Origin: Camelus dromedarius
Lineage: Eukaryota
Direction: 5' to 3'
Length of the DNA: 64,000 nt
NCBI RefSeq assembly: GCF_036321535.1
Contig: NC_087436.1
Span: forward strand, 65,474,001 to 65,538,000
Shown: piece by piece, positions 13,384 through 26,219 of the stretch
Layout of the letters: every line of letters begins with the position of its first letter
Numbering within the stretch: position 1 is the first letter of the stretch
Notes under the pieces: model-generated
What the model saw: only the letters and a program-made list of their open reading frames with translations
Told to the model about the DNA's origin: nothing
Databases searched by the model: none
Made by a program: the position numbers and the translations under genes

Positions 13384-15826
13384 TATGTTAGTTACCTATC
13401 ACTGTGTAAAAAATTGCCCAAATTGGGTGGCTTAAAATAACACACCGTTATTATCTCACAGTTTTTATGGGTCAGGAGTAACAAGATTAATCTAGGCATT
13501 TTGCTAAGAATCTCACATGGCTGTAATCAAGGTATTTGATAGAATTCATTCTTTTGTTGAAACTAAAAAAAAGTCCACATCCAGGTTCACTTAAAGTGTT
13601 GGTAGAATTCATTTCCTTGCATCTCCAGTACTTAGGGCCCCAGTTTCTTATTGGCTGTTGGCAGAAAGCTTCCCTTAAATTTTTGTCAGGTGGGTCATAC
13701 AGCATGGCTGTTTACTTCTTCCAGGGCAGCTAGGTAGAGAATCTCTAGAGCCAATCAGCTAGGAATACGGATTCTTATATAAGGCAACGTAATCAGAGAA
13801 GTGCTGGTTCATCGACTTTGCCATATTTTATTCATTAGAAGCAAATCACAGGATATAATCACACCCAAGTACTTGGAGGGAGGTTGTTATAAAAAGGTGT
13901 AAACACCAGCCTGCAGGAATTAATGAGGGCCCCCCTGGAGTCTGTATGTGACAGTCCACCCTTGAGCTCCCAGTGATTCTCGTCCCTTCCAAATGAAAAG
14001 GACATTCACCATCTTGTCCCAAAGTCCCAAAAGTCTCATAGTAAATTGATGATAGCCTCTGCTCAAAGGATAGGATCAAAATTAGGTCTACAGTGGGATG
14101 AGGTCCCGCAGGTGTAGTTCCTATAAAATTACACTGATCTGTAAAACTGAAGAGACTATCCCCTCCTTCCCCATACGTGCAGCATAGTGGTGGGACAGGC
14201 AGAAGATAATAGCTATAAACATTCCCATCTATGAGTGGGAGTTAGTAAGGAGTCAGTGGTCTATAGCAGTTTTGAAATGAAGCTGGTCAAATGTTGACTG
14301 CTTCCTTAAATAGGTTTCAATGCCTGGGAAGAACTGTCTACACCTCTCATCTCTCTCTCTGGGTTCTTGGTTTTATTCTCCAAGTCACCTTTTCTTTTTC
14401 ATGAGACGCAGCACTTATTTTATCAGCCTCCTTCCTGCCTATAGACTTCTGAGTCTCTGGTAGTCTTCTTTCTTTTGAGTCCAAGTTGGCAGTGTAGTTG
14501 AAGAAATAAATTTCTCAAAAAACTTTGTAAGCCCTTAGTGAATTTCACTGGGGTTCAATCTACCAACCATAGATAGAGATCTTTTCAAAATAAACCCTTC
14601 ACTGCAGGAGATTCTGCTGAGATGGCTCAGGGAAAACCCCATTAAGCTTCCTAAAGCCTCTATGGTTTGTTTAGAAAATGTGTGTCACACAAGATTGAGT
14701 CCTTATTCTTTTCAAAGGACACTTTGCATGGCTGAATACTCTGACCTTTTTAATCTTTTGGAAGTTTTAGCAAAAGTTTGTAGATTCAATCCTTGGCTTT
14801 TCCTCTAGATCATACTTTTTAAATATTGCTTGAAAGCTGTTTCCCAGTTTTAGCATCCTTGCTACCTAGGAATGTTGAGAATTTTCAAAATCATCAGCTC
14901 CTGTTTCCTATTTAACAGTTCTTTCCACAATCTGTCTCTCTCCTCTATCATTTTACAATTAACAAGTTAGAAGAAATCAGTAGGCACTCAGTACTTCCAT
15001 TGGAAATCTCCTTAGCTGTATATCCAACTGGAGCCATTCTGCTTTCCATACAACTCATGGGATAATTTTGCTAAACTTTCTGCTATTGCATAGCAAGAAT
15101 CCTTCTTCCTCTGGTTTCCAATAACATGTCATTCGATGCTTTTGAGCTCTCACTGTTAGTACAGATTTATGCTAATAGACTATTCAAAATAATTCAGAAT
15201 TTCTCTATCATGATCTGCAGAATTTCTCCAGCCTCTACTCACTGCCTACTTCCAAAGCTACCCCTACATTCTTAAGTATTTATGTCAGCAGCACCCCACT
15301 TTGAGGGATCAGAATCTGTATTAGTTATCTATTGCTTCTTAACAAATTAACACAAACCTAGTGGTTTTAAACAATGAACATTTATCATCTCATAGTTTCT
15401 ATGTGTTAGAAATCCGAGCTCTACTTATTGGGGTCTTCCAGGGACCCCCTCACGAGGCTACAGACAAGGTTTCAGCTGGGATGTATTCTCATCTAGAATC
15501 TCAAATCTGGAAGAGTCCACTTGCAAGAACACTCCGGTTGTTGGCAGAACTCATTTTCTTATGTCTTTGGGACTGAGATGCCAGCTTCTTGCTAAGTGCC
15601 AGCTGGAGGCAAATAGGGAGTTTATCTATAGTCTGCTAAGAATATAGATCTTATATAACGTAACAAAATTACAAAAGTGACATTCTACCTCCCATCATCT
15701 ATTATGTTATATTAGTTAGTCTACTAGTTAGAAGCAAGTCATAGGTCCCACTCACACTCAAGTGAAGGGTATGAACACCAGGAGGCAGAACTATGAAAGG
15801 GCCACCCTAGAAGTCTGTTTATCACA
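13384..15826 (-). mobile_element. Two-LTR MaLR provirus (MLT1D-like LTR, MLT1-int, LTR)
   Basis: Two homologous same-orientation LTRs (13384-13953, 15317-15826) flanking a ~1.36-kb internal region; shared motifs ttagtta..tat, ttagaagcaa.tca, ggg.c.ccct.ga.gtctgt; degenerate flanks GGTCC/GGTAA. Confidence 0.88.
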
Positions 15827-17261
15827 GGTAAAAAATTTGAGTTCTTATACATACCAAAAGTAGGTTTGCTAATCTTGTAAATTTTATTTCTTTTAAAAAA
15901 TCTGTAAAATTTGTTTATTCTTCAGAATGCTTCAATGACTATCACTCCCACTACCCAAAGAGACCCATGAAAGATGATGATGATAAAATTTCTAGAAATT
16001 TACAACCTACTCCTTTATACATTTATACAGTAGTACTGATAATGACCACAGCTCTCTATAATTGAAGAGAAAATTAATTTATATGTAATATATTAACTTA
16101 TATTATAATTAATAGTTACATGATTGAGTATAATATATTTATGTAATTTTAAAATATTATCAAAATTTGTTTAAAATAAGTGAAAAAAAGTCTCAAGTTC
16201 CACAGTTAGATCTATAGTAAAACATTCTAATTATCTTTCTTCAGCATAAAACACAATAGTAAACTCATTAATAATCAGTTATTTTAATGAATCTCCCCTT
16301 GCTTCTAGCTTTGATGTTGTTTCCCACTTAATTTTCAGTGCATTTTAAAGAGTAATTAATATAGGCAATATAAAACTTTCAAATAACCGATGTACTTATT
16401 ACTCAAAACTTCATTTGTCTATTTTCACAAAGGTAGGATCTAGTTCGATGCACATGTTTCACTTCTCTTTCTCAAAGGTATTATTTTTAATTGAGTTTTG
16501 CAAATTGATTTAATTAGCTTAATTTTTCTTTATTCTCAGACTGTTATATTTCAGTCATTATGGGATGAAGGCTTTGTTTTGCATTTAAAATTCATATTAC
16601 TCTGAAGTGGTATCTTGCATACAAATTACCACACCAGCAGCATTTTAACCACACCATTATAACTCTAGGAGCAAGGGAAGGATAAGAAAGTTAGAAAATA
16701 TACAAGCTTAGATAGAGAATCAAATCTCAAAGTAAAAAAAAATAAAAATTCACAATGTGTATCTTTATTTTCATAATGTCAGATAATTATTTTTTTACAA
16801 TTTTAAAACATACTCAATTTTTAGAATCAAATATCACAGTAATTTGGCATAAGCTAAAAAAGAATTAAACCTTTAGGAATCATCAGCACGTAGAGTTAGA
16901 AAATCATTAGTTAGTGCATAAGGCCTAGGAAAAATTTCTGAGGTTCTTAATAAAATGTACTTACTCAACTGAATTTTCTCTCACCATTGAATCAGAAATG
17001 TAATCCTAAGGATTATTCTCCTGTCAATTTGCAAAACATAAAACCTAGTTATCTATATCATGTAAAACAGTGAATGCATTTTTTTCATTTTTAGCAGTAG
17101 GATCTGTTAATTGTAGACTATTCAGTAAACAGAAGGTTTTATAGAATAAAATTTTAAAAGTCACCCACAATCACCCCAAAATAATTACTATAATCAATTG
17201 CTTGTATAGTTTGTTTTATTTCCCTATGAATGTTCTATAACTGATCCTAGTGTCTATAATA

Positions 17262-17410
17262 CTACTATTGTCCAATAGAAACATAATGCATGCCACACAT
17301 GCAATGTTTAATTTTCTGATACATTGAAAGATGTACAAGGAGATGAATTAAATAAATTTTAATAAAATATTTTATTTTACCTAACATGTACAAGATATAT
17401 AACATGTGTG
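17262..17410 (+). mobile_element. hAT-Charlie MITE fragment (MER33/MER3-like)
   Basis: tgtccaatagaaacataatgcatgccacacatg resembles the MER33 left end. Confidence 0.6.
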
Positions 17411-18968
17411 ACTAACTCATTAGGGAGTAGGACTCAGGAAACAGGAAATCTGATAAGCTCAATTGTATCAAACTTATAACCTGATGTTTACTCAAACTGT
17501 TACAGGGAAGTCAATTTTCATTTTTCAGGGCTATTGACTACTAGGTCAACTATAGCATTTGCTCTTGGGGGAAATACAGCTATTTTGTTTTTTGCATTTT
17601 TTCTAATCTTTCTGTTTGGGGGCCATAAAATGAAGTCCAAGTCTGAATAGTGGTAATAGCTCATGTAAAATCAAAAGCTATCATTAGACATACTGAATAA
17701 TTAATCAAAATATATAAAAGTTGAGCAATTATGTCAATTAATTGCCTCTCATTTTTACCACTTGGAAAATTACTTGAAAATTGCTTATATATTTTGCAAA
17801 CCAGAGGGTGCAGTCCTCAGTGTGGAAAAACAAAGAACAAAATGGGGATATATTTCATATATAGAATGGTTTCCAAATGATGTGGTGAAGGAATGGAAGA
17901 AAAAAATAACAGCAACAGAAAAGTCATTACATTTTATTGCTTTAGAAGAAACATAAACAATAATTTATAGGAGGCCCTGAGATTTGGGAATTGAAAGGTT
18001 AATGCAAGTAGAATTGATGTCATAAAAAATGATCATGATTCTGCATTTTTTAGAAAATTTTGAGAACTATCCCATTTCCTACCTAAAAAGGCATAAAATT
18101 CTGGCATGAGAATTGATGTCCTTTGTAAAGTGAGCCAATCCAGTACCACCCATCTTCCCCCACCACACAAGAGCTCACATATTTAGCCACAGTATATTTT
18201 TTAACAACTGAGGCAGGGGTGTGTGGTGGTAACCTGATGTTTTCTCCTACATACAGAAATATTGAATAATTTCTCTACTGGCTAGTCTCTCTTCTCCTCA
18301 CACACACTCCCCACGGGTGAAGTAACGGGTTATCTGTTGATACATTTGATAGAAGTTCATCTTATATAGCCAGGTAGCTTCTTTCTTCTTTGGGGGTTAG
18401 GCTATATACATGAAATTATATTTTCTCCTTTGCTCCTACACACTATAAAATTTAACTCCAGTTCATTGCGACCTCTGTTTTAAAGGCTGTATAATCATGG
18501 CCTTAGTATTATGAATCTTAAAAGGCGTAACTTCAAACCCAGCTTTTCTTCATCCTTTGATTCATCAGTATTATCATTTTTCACACATTCAATAAGTATT
18601 CAAGCATCTACTATGTGCCAGCAGTGTTCTAGGAGTGGAAGATACAGAGGTAAACTTAATAGCCAAAGAACATTCATGTGGATCTTACTTCATATGTGTT
18701 AAAGGAGATTTGTTGGCTTCTATCTGCCACCTCTTTGTCTCATTTCTTAGATGTTTTAGAATTTGATTGAGGGAAAGGAATGTTATTTATTAAATCTCAT
18801 CCTCAGTGCCACTCCTCTCCAAATCATCTTGGTTTTAACCATTTCCCTAAATTTTATTTCCACTACCATGTCTTCGTTGTTTTTCTCTATCCTCTCTATT
18901 TAGCCTTCAAATCTTATTTACATGCCACTACCTCAGTCCTTGTCATTGTCAGTAAAATTATATTTTCT

Positions 18969-19000
18969 TGTCTATGTTGCTCCAATGTCTATGTTGCTCC
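18969..19000. repeat. Tandem duplication of a 15-bp unit
   Basis: tgtctatgttgctcc aa tgtctatgttgctcc. Confidence 0.85.
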
Positions 19001-19199
19001 GTAATGTATTTATGTCTGTATTTATTTATTTATTGTTTTTTATGTACTTATCCACACTACTTCCAAAATTCTCAGACAAAACTTTTATAACTACCTACAG
19101 TTTTGACAATACTAGACACATCAGGAAGTCTCTCAGATTCTATTTGGGTTACTTCATAGACACATCCCATGTGGATCTTCTGTCACCTTGCTATCCATA

Positions 19200-20785
19200 C
19201 CTGAGCTATAACTCTCATGATGAATTTTATTAACTTGTCTTCTGTTTTGTTTGCCTCATTCATTTTTGGGTTTAGCTCTTCCTTAGATGAGGGCCCTTCT
19301 CTGGTAGATATTTGATAAAGTGCCACTGAAAGGTACATTTCTTGCATCCTTACATGTCTAAAATATCAGTGCACATATTTGAGAGATAGGTTTTCTGATT
19401 ATAAAATTTCAATTTGGAAATAAGGCTTTATAGAAGTTTGAAGATATTGATTCACTGTTGTCTACATTGAGAAGCCTGATCATAATGTGTACCTTAAAAT
19501 TTTGTATGTTCTATATGTTATCTATAATTTTTCCTCTAGATTTTGGACCTTCTGTCTGACAATGAAGTTCTGCAATATATTAAGACGTGACTTGGTATGG
19601 TGTTTCCCCACCTCAATTTTCTGTGTTAGATGTTTCCAATTTTTAAAAAATCATGTGTTTTATTTCTGGGAACTATTTTTATATTATTTCTTGAATTTTT
19701 TAACTTCAATTTTTATAGATTTTTACCTTTTGAAACATCAGTTAATTATCTGATGGAACACTTTGAATATATAATATTTTACTGTTCTAGACCTTTTTGT
19801 AATTTAGTTCTGGGAAGCATCGTTAACTTACCCTTCTAAATTATTTATTGCATTTTTGAGGCTTATATGTAGCACTCCTTCCTCTCTGATTGTTCCTTTT
19901 AAATTACATCTTTTTAAAATGGATTCAATACCTTATTTTATATATCTGAGAATATTATGGATACTATTAAAATTTCAAATTCCTATTTTCTTAAATTTTT
20001 GTGAATTCATTTTCTTTATTTTGTTTTAGGTTTGGGCTTCAAAATTATGTGGGGAAGAATGCTTTCATTAAATATCCATCATTTCTTTCTAGTCTTTAAA
20101 AAAATTTTTTTTTTGCAAAGCACTAAAATCAATCATTGAAAATTCTATGATCATGAGTATGTTATCTGTAACAACAATTGACCAGCAAATTTTGGTTCTT
20201 CTTCCTCAGAGAACATAAAGACTTCAGCATGTTACTTTTCATTAAGAAACTATTAATTCCTTACATTCTTAGGAAGTATGTTTTCCCTTGTCCTCTTCTG
20301 TGGCCTATTGATTCAGGGAATGAATCACTCTCTGCTTCAATTTCTGCACAGAATAAAACTTCTGTCACTTGCAGTTTATTTACACCAATAAACCAGACTA
20401 AGAGAGCTCACTGGGGACTTTCTTTTACAAATCTTCTTTTACAGAATTTTTACCAATCCTTCTATTTTCTTTGTCATGTCTCAACTCAACCGCTCACATA
20501 ACACAATGCTTTCCCTATCGGTACCTGTCCTTAGTCCTGTGACATGGACAGGCATACTTCTCATTGGCAACCCTCTCTGTAGGTGCTTGGTATTTAGTTC
20601 TTTTATATTTGCTAACTCCTCCATATTATGTTTATAATTCAAGAATCTTATAGACTTTCTTCTCTAAGTATTTGTCATTTAGGTTTATACTTGTTATTTC
20701 TCCATTTATTTTAAATTAATTTAGGTAAGGAACAAAGGTAAACATGTTGAATAGAGGTTCAATCTACCACTTTTAACTGGAAGTG
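19200..20785 (-). mobile_element. Ancient L1M (L1ME/MD-like) 5'/ORF1 remnant
   Basis: T-rich antisense L1-like sequence (gagaagcctgat, atttctgggaactatttt) ending in ccacttttaactggaagt, typical of old L1M 5' ends. Confidence 0.6.
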
Positions 20786-20979
20786 AATAATGCCTCTCTA
20801 ACTTATAGTTCTTGGTTTTCTTTGGTATCTTAATCTTATAATGTTCCATTTATCCTGGATTTTTATGTGATTATAAACACATAATATTATAATCAATAGT
20901 AAAGAAATCCAGGAAAAGTCACTATTTATTATTATTACAGAACTTGTGTGCAGGTTTTAAATTAATTCACTTTAATTAC

Positions 20980-21458
20980 AGATTCAGTTAGCATTTGCTG
21001 CCTAAGAAAATACCCCTAAAACTAACATCTTAAAATAACAATCACTTTGTTAGCCTATGAATCTTTAAATGTATAATTTTGTCTGGGCTTGATCGAATGA
21101 TTCTGCTAATCTGGGCTCAGCTCAGTTATTCTCTGGCACCTCAACTGAAGACACTGAGATGATCAAAAACACCTGGTGCCTTCCTCCACTGAATCTCTCA
21201 TCCTCCAGCAAGCTAATGAGGGCTACTTTACACAGTGGTGGGGGAGTCTGAGGATCAGAAGTGTGTAAACTCCAAAGAATAAGCCAAGGCTATTCACCCA
21301 TCATATTTTTTATTGTCCCACTGGCTAAAGCAAATCACATGGTCTAACCAGATTCAAGTGGTAAAAGCATAGACTCTACCAGTTTATGTAAGTTGCTGCA
21401 AAGTGACATTGCAAAAGTGGAATACAAAGATTGGTGGTCATTTTTGCCATCTGCCACA
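20980..21458 (-). mobile_element. MLT1 (H-like) solo LTR
   Basis: cagttagcatttgctgc...aaaataacaa...gcaaatcacatggtc...tttgccatctgccaca. Confidence 0.75.
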
Positions 21459-21848
21459 TGACTGCATGTTTTATAAGAGAAAACACGTTATTACTGATTA
21501 GTCTTAAAAAGAGAAATAAAAGAAAAATTCCTCAATATTTACATCTTGGTAGCCAGGCCAAACACTTTACTATGCTTCATACAGAACTCTCTATAATGTG
21601 AGGATATCGACAGCATTCACTAATTGTAGCTCACAATCAATTACAAGCAGCTAGTCCAGGGATAAAGGACCAATGAATAATATTCATAACCACCATCCCT
21701 ATATGGAATATTTTCAGGCAAACACACTACATTTAATTTCCAAAGGATGAGTATTTGCATTAAAAGTAATTTTTATAGAATAAAAACAGAAGGAAACGTT
21801 TACTCATAGAAAACCTTAAAAGTGATCAAGGAGGCAGTTTTTCATTAC

Positions 21849-21896
21849 CTTTTCAATATGGATGGAGTTCACAACCGCAGGAGGGATTCGGTTACA
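21849..21896 (-). other. Candidate 48-nt internal exon (phase-0 reading CNRIPPAVVNSIHIEK)
   Basis: Minus strand: CTCAC branch-like motif, pyrimidine tract, AACAG acceptor; AAG|GTAATG donor; length divisible by 3 with only one open frame; local CpG retention. Confidence 0.5.
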
Positions 21897-23259
21897 CTGT
21901 TCTCAGCATAACACAAAAGAAAGGTGAGATAGGAAGCGCTAGTACGTTACAGGAAAGCAGGTAACAAGTTTCCTCCTTCACTGTATGTCCTACTTTTTAA
22001 AAAGTATTTGTGGAAATGATACATAGAAATAAAAGAAAATGCTATGTCCTGTAGTTAACAATATTTCCTGGGAAATATATGTGAAAATAGTGAAGAAAAC
22101 AAACTATTGAGGTGAACATGTATCTACAGAAATACAGAGCTAAACAAGGTAATATTTATCACAAAGTAGTAGGAAATAGAATATGTCATACAGGCACAGA
22201 AATAGTATTGTATCTATAAAAGCCAGTATGTCCATGTTAAGGTGGTTTTTTTTTTTTTTTTTTTGCTTTGTATTTTTATTTTAGAACTAACTTGCTAAAG
22301 ATTATATGAAATATAAATCAGAAGAAGACAATATGATGATTAAGATATAATTAAGATTTTAGAATGCAAGCATCATGGAAGAAAAAAAGAAAATCAGACA
22401 GGCCTAACTGACTATTCTTTGTAATGTAAAAGACACCACACTGGTATGAAAGGTCAGTCACATGTCAGCATACAAGTAATTTCAAAACCAGTCCTTTCAG
22501 TTATCTATAAAACTATAGTACTTTAAGTGAGATCTTCTTCAAATAGTACAAAATGTTACCAAAATGTATTTTCTTTATGTACTGAGTTGTATTACAAAAT
22601 ATTAATGGTCTAATAGTGATGAACTATAAACCTTAAATACGCATATTTATTTATAATATACAAATTATGTGCAGAGGCAAAATAGGGAAATATTTGATAG
22701 TAAATGTACTTATTAATGAAATATATCTCTCTTGTTACATGGAATATAATAAAAAATGATGTTATTATTTAAGTTCCATAAGATCACAATCTTTGTCTCT
22801 TTACTGCTATCTCCAATGCCTAAAACATTTCCTGGCATGGAATAAAAATTAAATTTTAGAAAAAATTACATTACCAGTTTTTCATGTATATGCACTTTCT
22901 TCGTTATTTTGTAAATCTATCCCAGCTGTTAGAGCTTATTCAAAACTTAGTTTGGGTGGATCAAGTTAGTATTATCCATTAATGAATTAATAGTTTCAGG
23001 TTGAACTTCAAGTATTACACTGTTGTTTCTTAGTTATATTTATCAGCATTTGCTCTGTGTCCTGTATCTACATACTGTCCTGAGATGTATTCTCATTAGT
23101 TCTTCATTAAGCATCTAGAATGAAGCTGAACTTATCTCCCCAGTACTTCTTTAACTTCAGTAGCAAGATAGTATTATCCTTGACATTTCTCATTATCACT
23201 TGATTTATGAAAAAGAAAGAAAAAAGTGTCCAGCTAGAAAAAACTTGAGGTTTAAGTTG

Positions 23260-23560
23260 CATTTTTAAATTTTCATTTTTAAGCATCAGTATTGAGGTAA
23301 ATTGTCAAAAAATAAAGTGCATACATTGAGTAGTAATATATAGATGTAGATGCAAATAGATCTCTGAAACCATCAATACAATCAACACAAGAAACATCAT
23401 CCTCCAAAATTTTCTCTGTCCTCTTGCCTCTCCCTCATCCCTTCCCATTTCCAAGCAACCACTGATCTGTTGTTGACTATTTCTTTGCTATATAAGTCTG
23501 CATTTTCTAGAATTTTATATGAATGAACACATCCAACAGGTACTCTCTATTTATTCATTT
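23260..23560 (-). mobile_element. Old L1M 3' fragment
   Basis: attgaggtaaattg...aaagtgcataca...caagcaaccactgatctg...ttttctagaattttatatgaatg. Confidence 0.65.
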
Positions 23561-24145
23561 ACTACTGATGTCTTCCCCTAGTGTCTTGTTGTCATTTGCT
23601 TCTTTTTACATTGAATTTTTCTTCCATTAGTAGTATTAGTCCAAATTTTATTATTTGTCATCTTTATTTAAAGTTGTGGAGATATATATATATATCTGGG
23701 AAGAAAATTTCTAGCACTTCTTAGAGAATGTATCAGATTTGAAGAAAAGGTTGATACATGATTATGGAAAAAATAAAAGGCAGTATAACCTGCAGAAATC
23801 AACTCCATTATAGAGACAGTTACCAAGCTTCATTATAATGACAGTTTGAAGAAATTTTTTCTTTATTATGGAATGAATCCACACAGGTTTCTGCTTTTCT
23901 GTTTGAGGTAAGATATATGTATTAATCAGAGAACCCTTGGAGAGCATCTACTTGAATTTCTGTTGTTAAGATTCATTGATTCCACAACTTGCTAGTTTCT
24001 ATATATCCTAATGAATCAGGAAAGCCTCAGGAGACTTCTGGCATGCTGATCAACACAACACTTAAGACTATAGTTTTAAATTCTTCAATGTGTGCCTTTC
24101 ATAAACACATTTATAAACCTAAATGAAGATCTGACAGTGTGCTTC

Positions 24146-24185
24146 CACACACACACACACATACACACTCACACATGCACACACC
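24146..24185. repeat. Imperfect (CA)n microsatellite
   Basis: cacacacacacacacatacacactcacacatgcacacac. Confidence 0.9.
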
Positions 24186-24537
24186 ATATATCCATTACTC
24201 ATTTGGGTTTTGGGACAAGTCCATATTATTTATGCCAAAGATATTAAACACTATTGGATTAACACCACCTGGTATGCAACTGATTCCAGATCAAGACAGA
24301 GCACCTAACTATGGAAAATAAAGTGACCCTGCAGCCAAAGTGCCTATCAAAAGGTTAGCAATGTAGATAAACAAATTGTAAAGTTAGTTGGGTCCACCAG
24401 CAATCTACCGTATGACAGAAGTAGTACAGTCGGGATTTATCATAAGCAGGAAAAGAGGCAAATGTGAGCTACATGAGTTTTAAGTGACAGGGGCTAGGAT
24501 TTTACACTACTCACAACCTAATCAGCTAACCCTTACG

Positions 24538-24894
24538 TGTTAAGGACACAGATAAAACAGGAAACCCCTGACACAAAAACAAAGGGCTTTTTCATTCACA
24601 GCACAGCAGGTGGCATAAGATTCTTGTTAGCATTGATTTCTCTTACTCCCAAGTCCTGGAGGGGAGATACAGGAGTTGATGAGTAGTGTGCATACTATGC
24701 AGTATCACAACTGAGAAACATTGACTTTGGAAAGCATACCTCTTTTAAAGCAAGTCTAGTTCTTGTTCTGGGAGAAATGTTATCTCAACCTTCCAGAGAA
24801 ATGGCCCAGAAGTGGTCATGACCTTGAATTCCTGACACACCCAAGAAGGCATGTAGGAGCATGAGAAATCCATGGAAGACTCTATTTCCTAACA
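24538..24894 (-). mobile_element. MER54-like LTR inserted in ERVL pol
   Basis: TGTT...AACA termini; minus strand starts tgttaggaaatagagtcttccatggatttctcatgctcctacatg, similar to the MER54 5' end. Confidence 0.6.
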
Positions 24895-25799
24895 GCAAGG
24901 TGTCTAGTACACCATGTCATCCGCTACAGTTTTGCCAGTGGTTCTCTCTCAGCTCACATTCATGGTCACATGAAGGACTTCTTCACAATCAGTTGACAGA
25001 GGAAGGAAAAGTGTGGTTTTGATTCATACATGAGTTGGATTATTACATGGATACGTATATTTTTTTAAAGGACTGCTATTGTATAACAGCTTGATTCATT
25101 GTGTGCCTGAAAGACCAGTGAATAAAAAAAAAAAAATCCTCCTAGTAGGCACAGTTTGAAGCAGAGGATGTGGTCATCATATTGTGTAGAAAAAGAAGTG
25201 ACCTGAGGTAAGACTACACCCTGATTCATAGTCATTGGTGAATAGTTTGGCAAGTTGATCAATGACCTGAAAAGAGAAAAGATGGAAGTTTGGTGACTAA
25301 GAGGTCTAGGCAGGAAGCATGCAGATGGATATATGAAAAAGTATATATACAAAGTATGATCTTGGCATTACACATTAACACCCATTATAGGAGACAGACA
25401 AGAGAACATAATGTCTTGGCCAACTGGCATCAGACAGCCTCTGTTATCAGCTCCTTACACAAATGGCACAGTGTGCTCATAAACAGAGTAGCCATGATAT
25501 CATGGATGGAGAATATTTATGGGCCCAAGAGCATGGTCTCATTCAAGGGTAATCCAGTTACTGAGACTGCACAGTGTCCTACTTTCCATTAACAGGGACA
25601 AATGCTGAGTCCTCACTATGATACCATCTCTCAAAAACTTCCAGGAACCACTTGGTGACAAGTTGTTTACATTGATTCTTTCCACCTGGATGGGATAGTG
25701 ATGTATCTTGACTGTGAATGAGACATATATTCAACATACAAGTTTACTTTTCTACCTATAGGGCCTCATCTAGCACCATTTCCTCAGAGCTTGCTTAGT

Positions 25800-26000
25800 G
25801 TTTGCTCCAGAATGCCAGGAGCCACCAGAATCTGAAAAAAGCCAGGAAGATTTTCCCCTAGAATATGTGGAGGTACCCTGACCTTGCAAACCCCTTGATT
25901 TCAGACTTGCAGCCTCTACAACTATGAAAGAATAAATTCTTGTTATTATAAGCCACCAAATTTGCAGCAATGTGTTACTGCAGCCCTATGTAACTAACAC
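25800..26000 (+). mobile_element. MLT1C-like LTR 3' half
   Basis: cttgatttcagacttgcagcctctacaactatgaaagaataaattcttgttattataagccacc...taactaacaca. Confidence 0.8.
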
Positions 26001-26219
26001 AGACCCGGAGAGGTGGTAGCCAAGGATCAGTCTCCAATGGGTGGAGCAGAGGTGATAGGTATGAACTGCCATTTTGAGAACAGCTGCAGGGATGAGGGTA
26101 ATTTCTCCTATATATCTTACACTTTGAAGTCTCCTCAGAAAGAATCTAACCAGTATCCTAGTCCAACCAGTTCCCATAACTCAAGGAAATGGACTTGAAC
26201 GTTGCAAGGGGCTGTTCTT

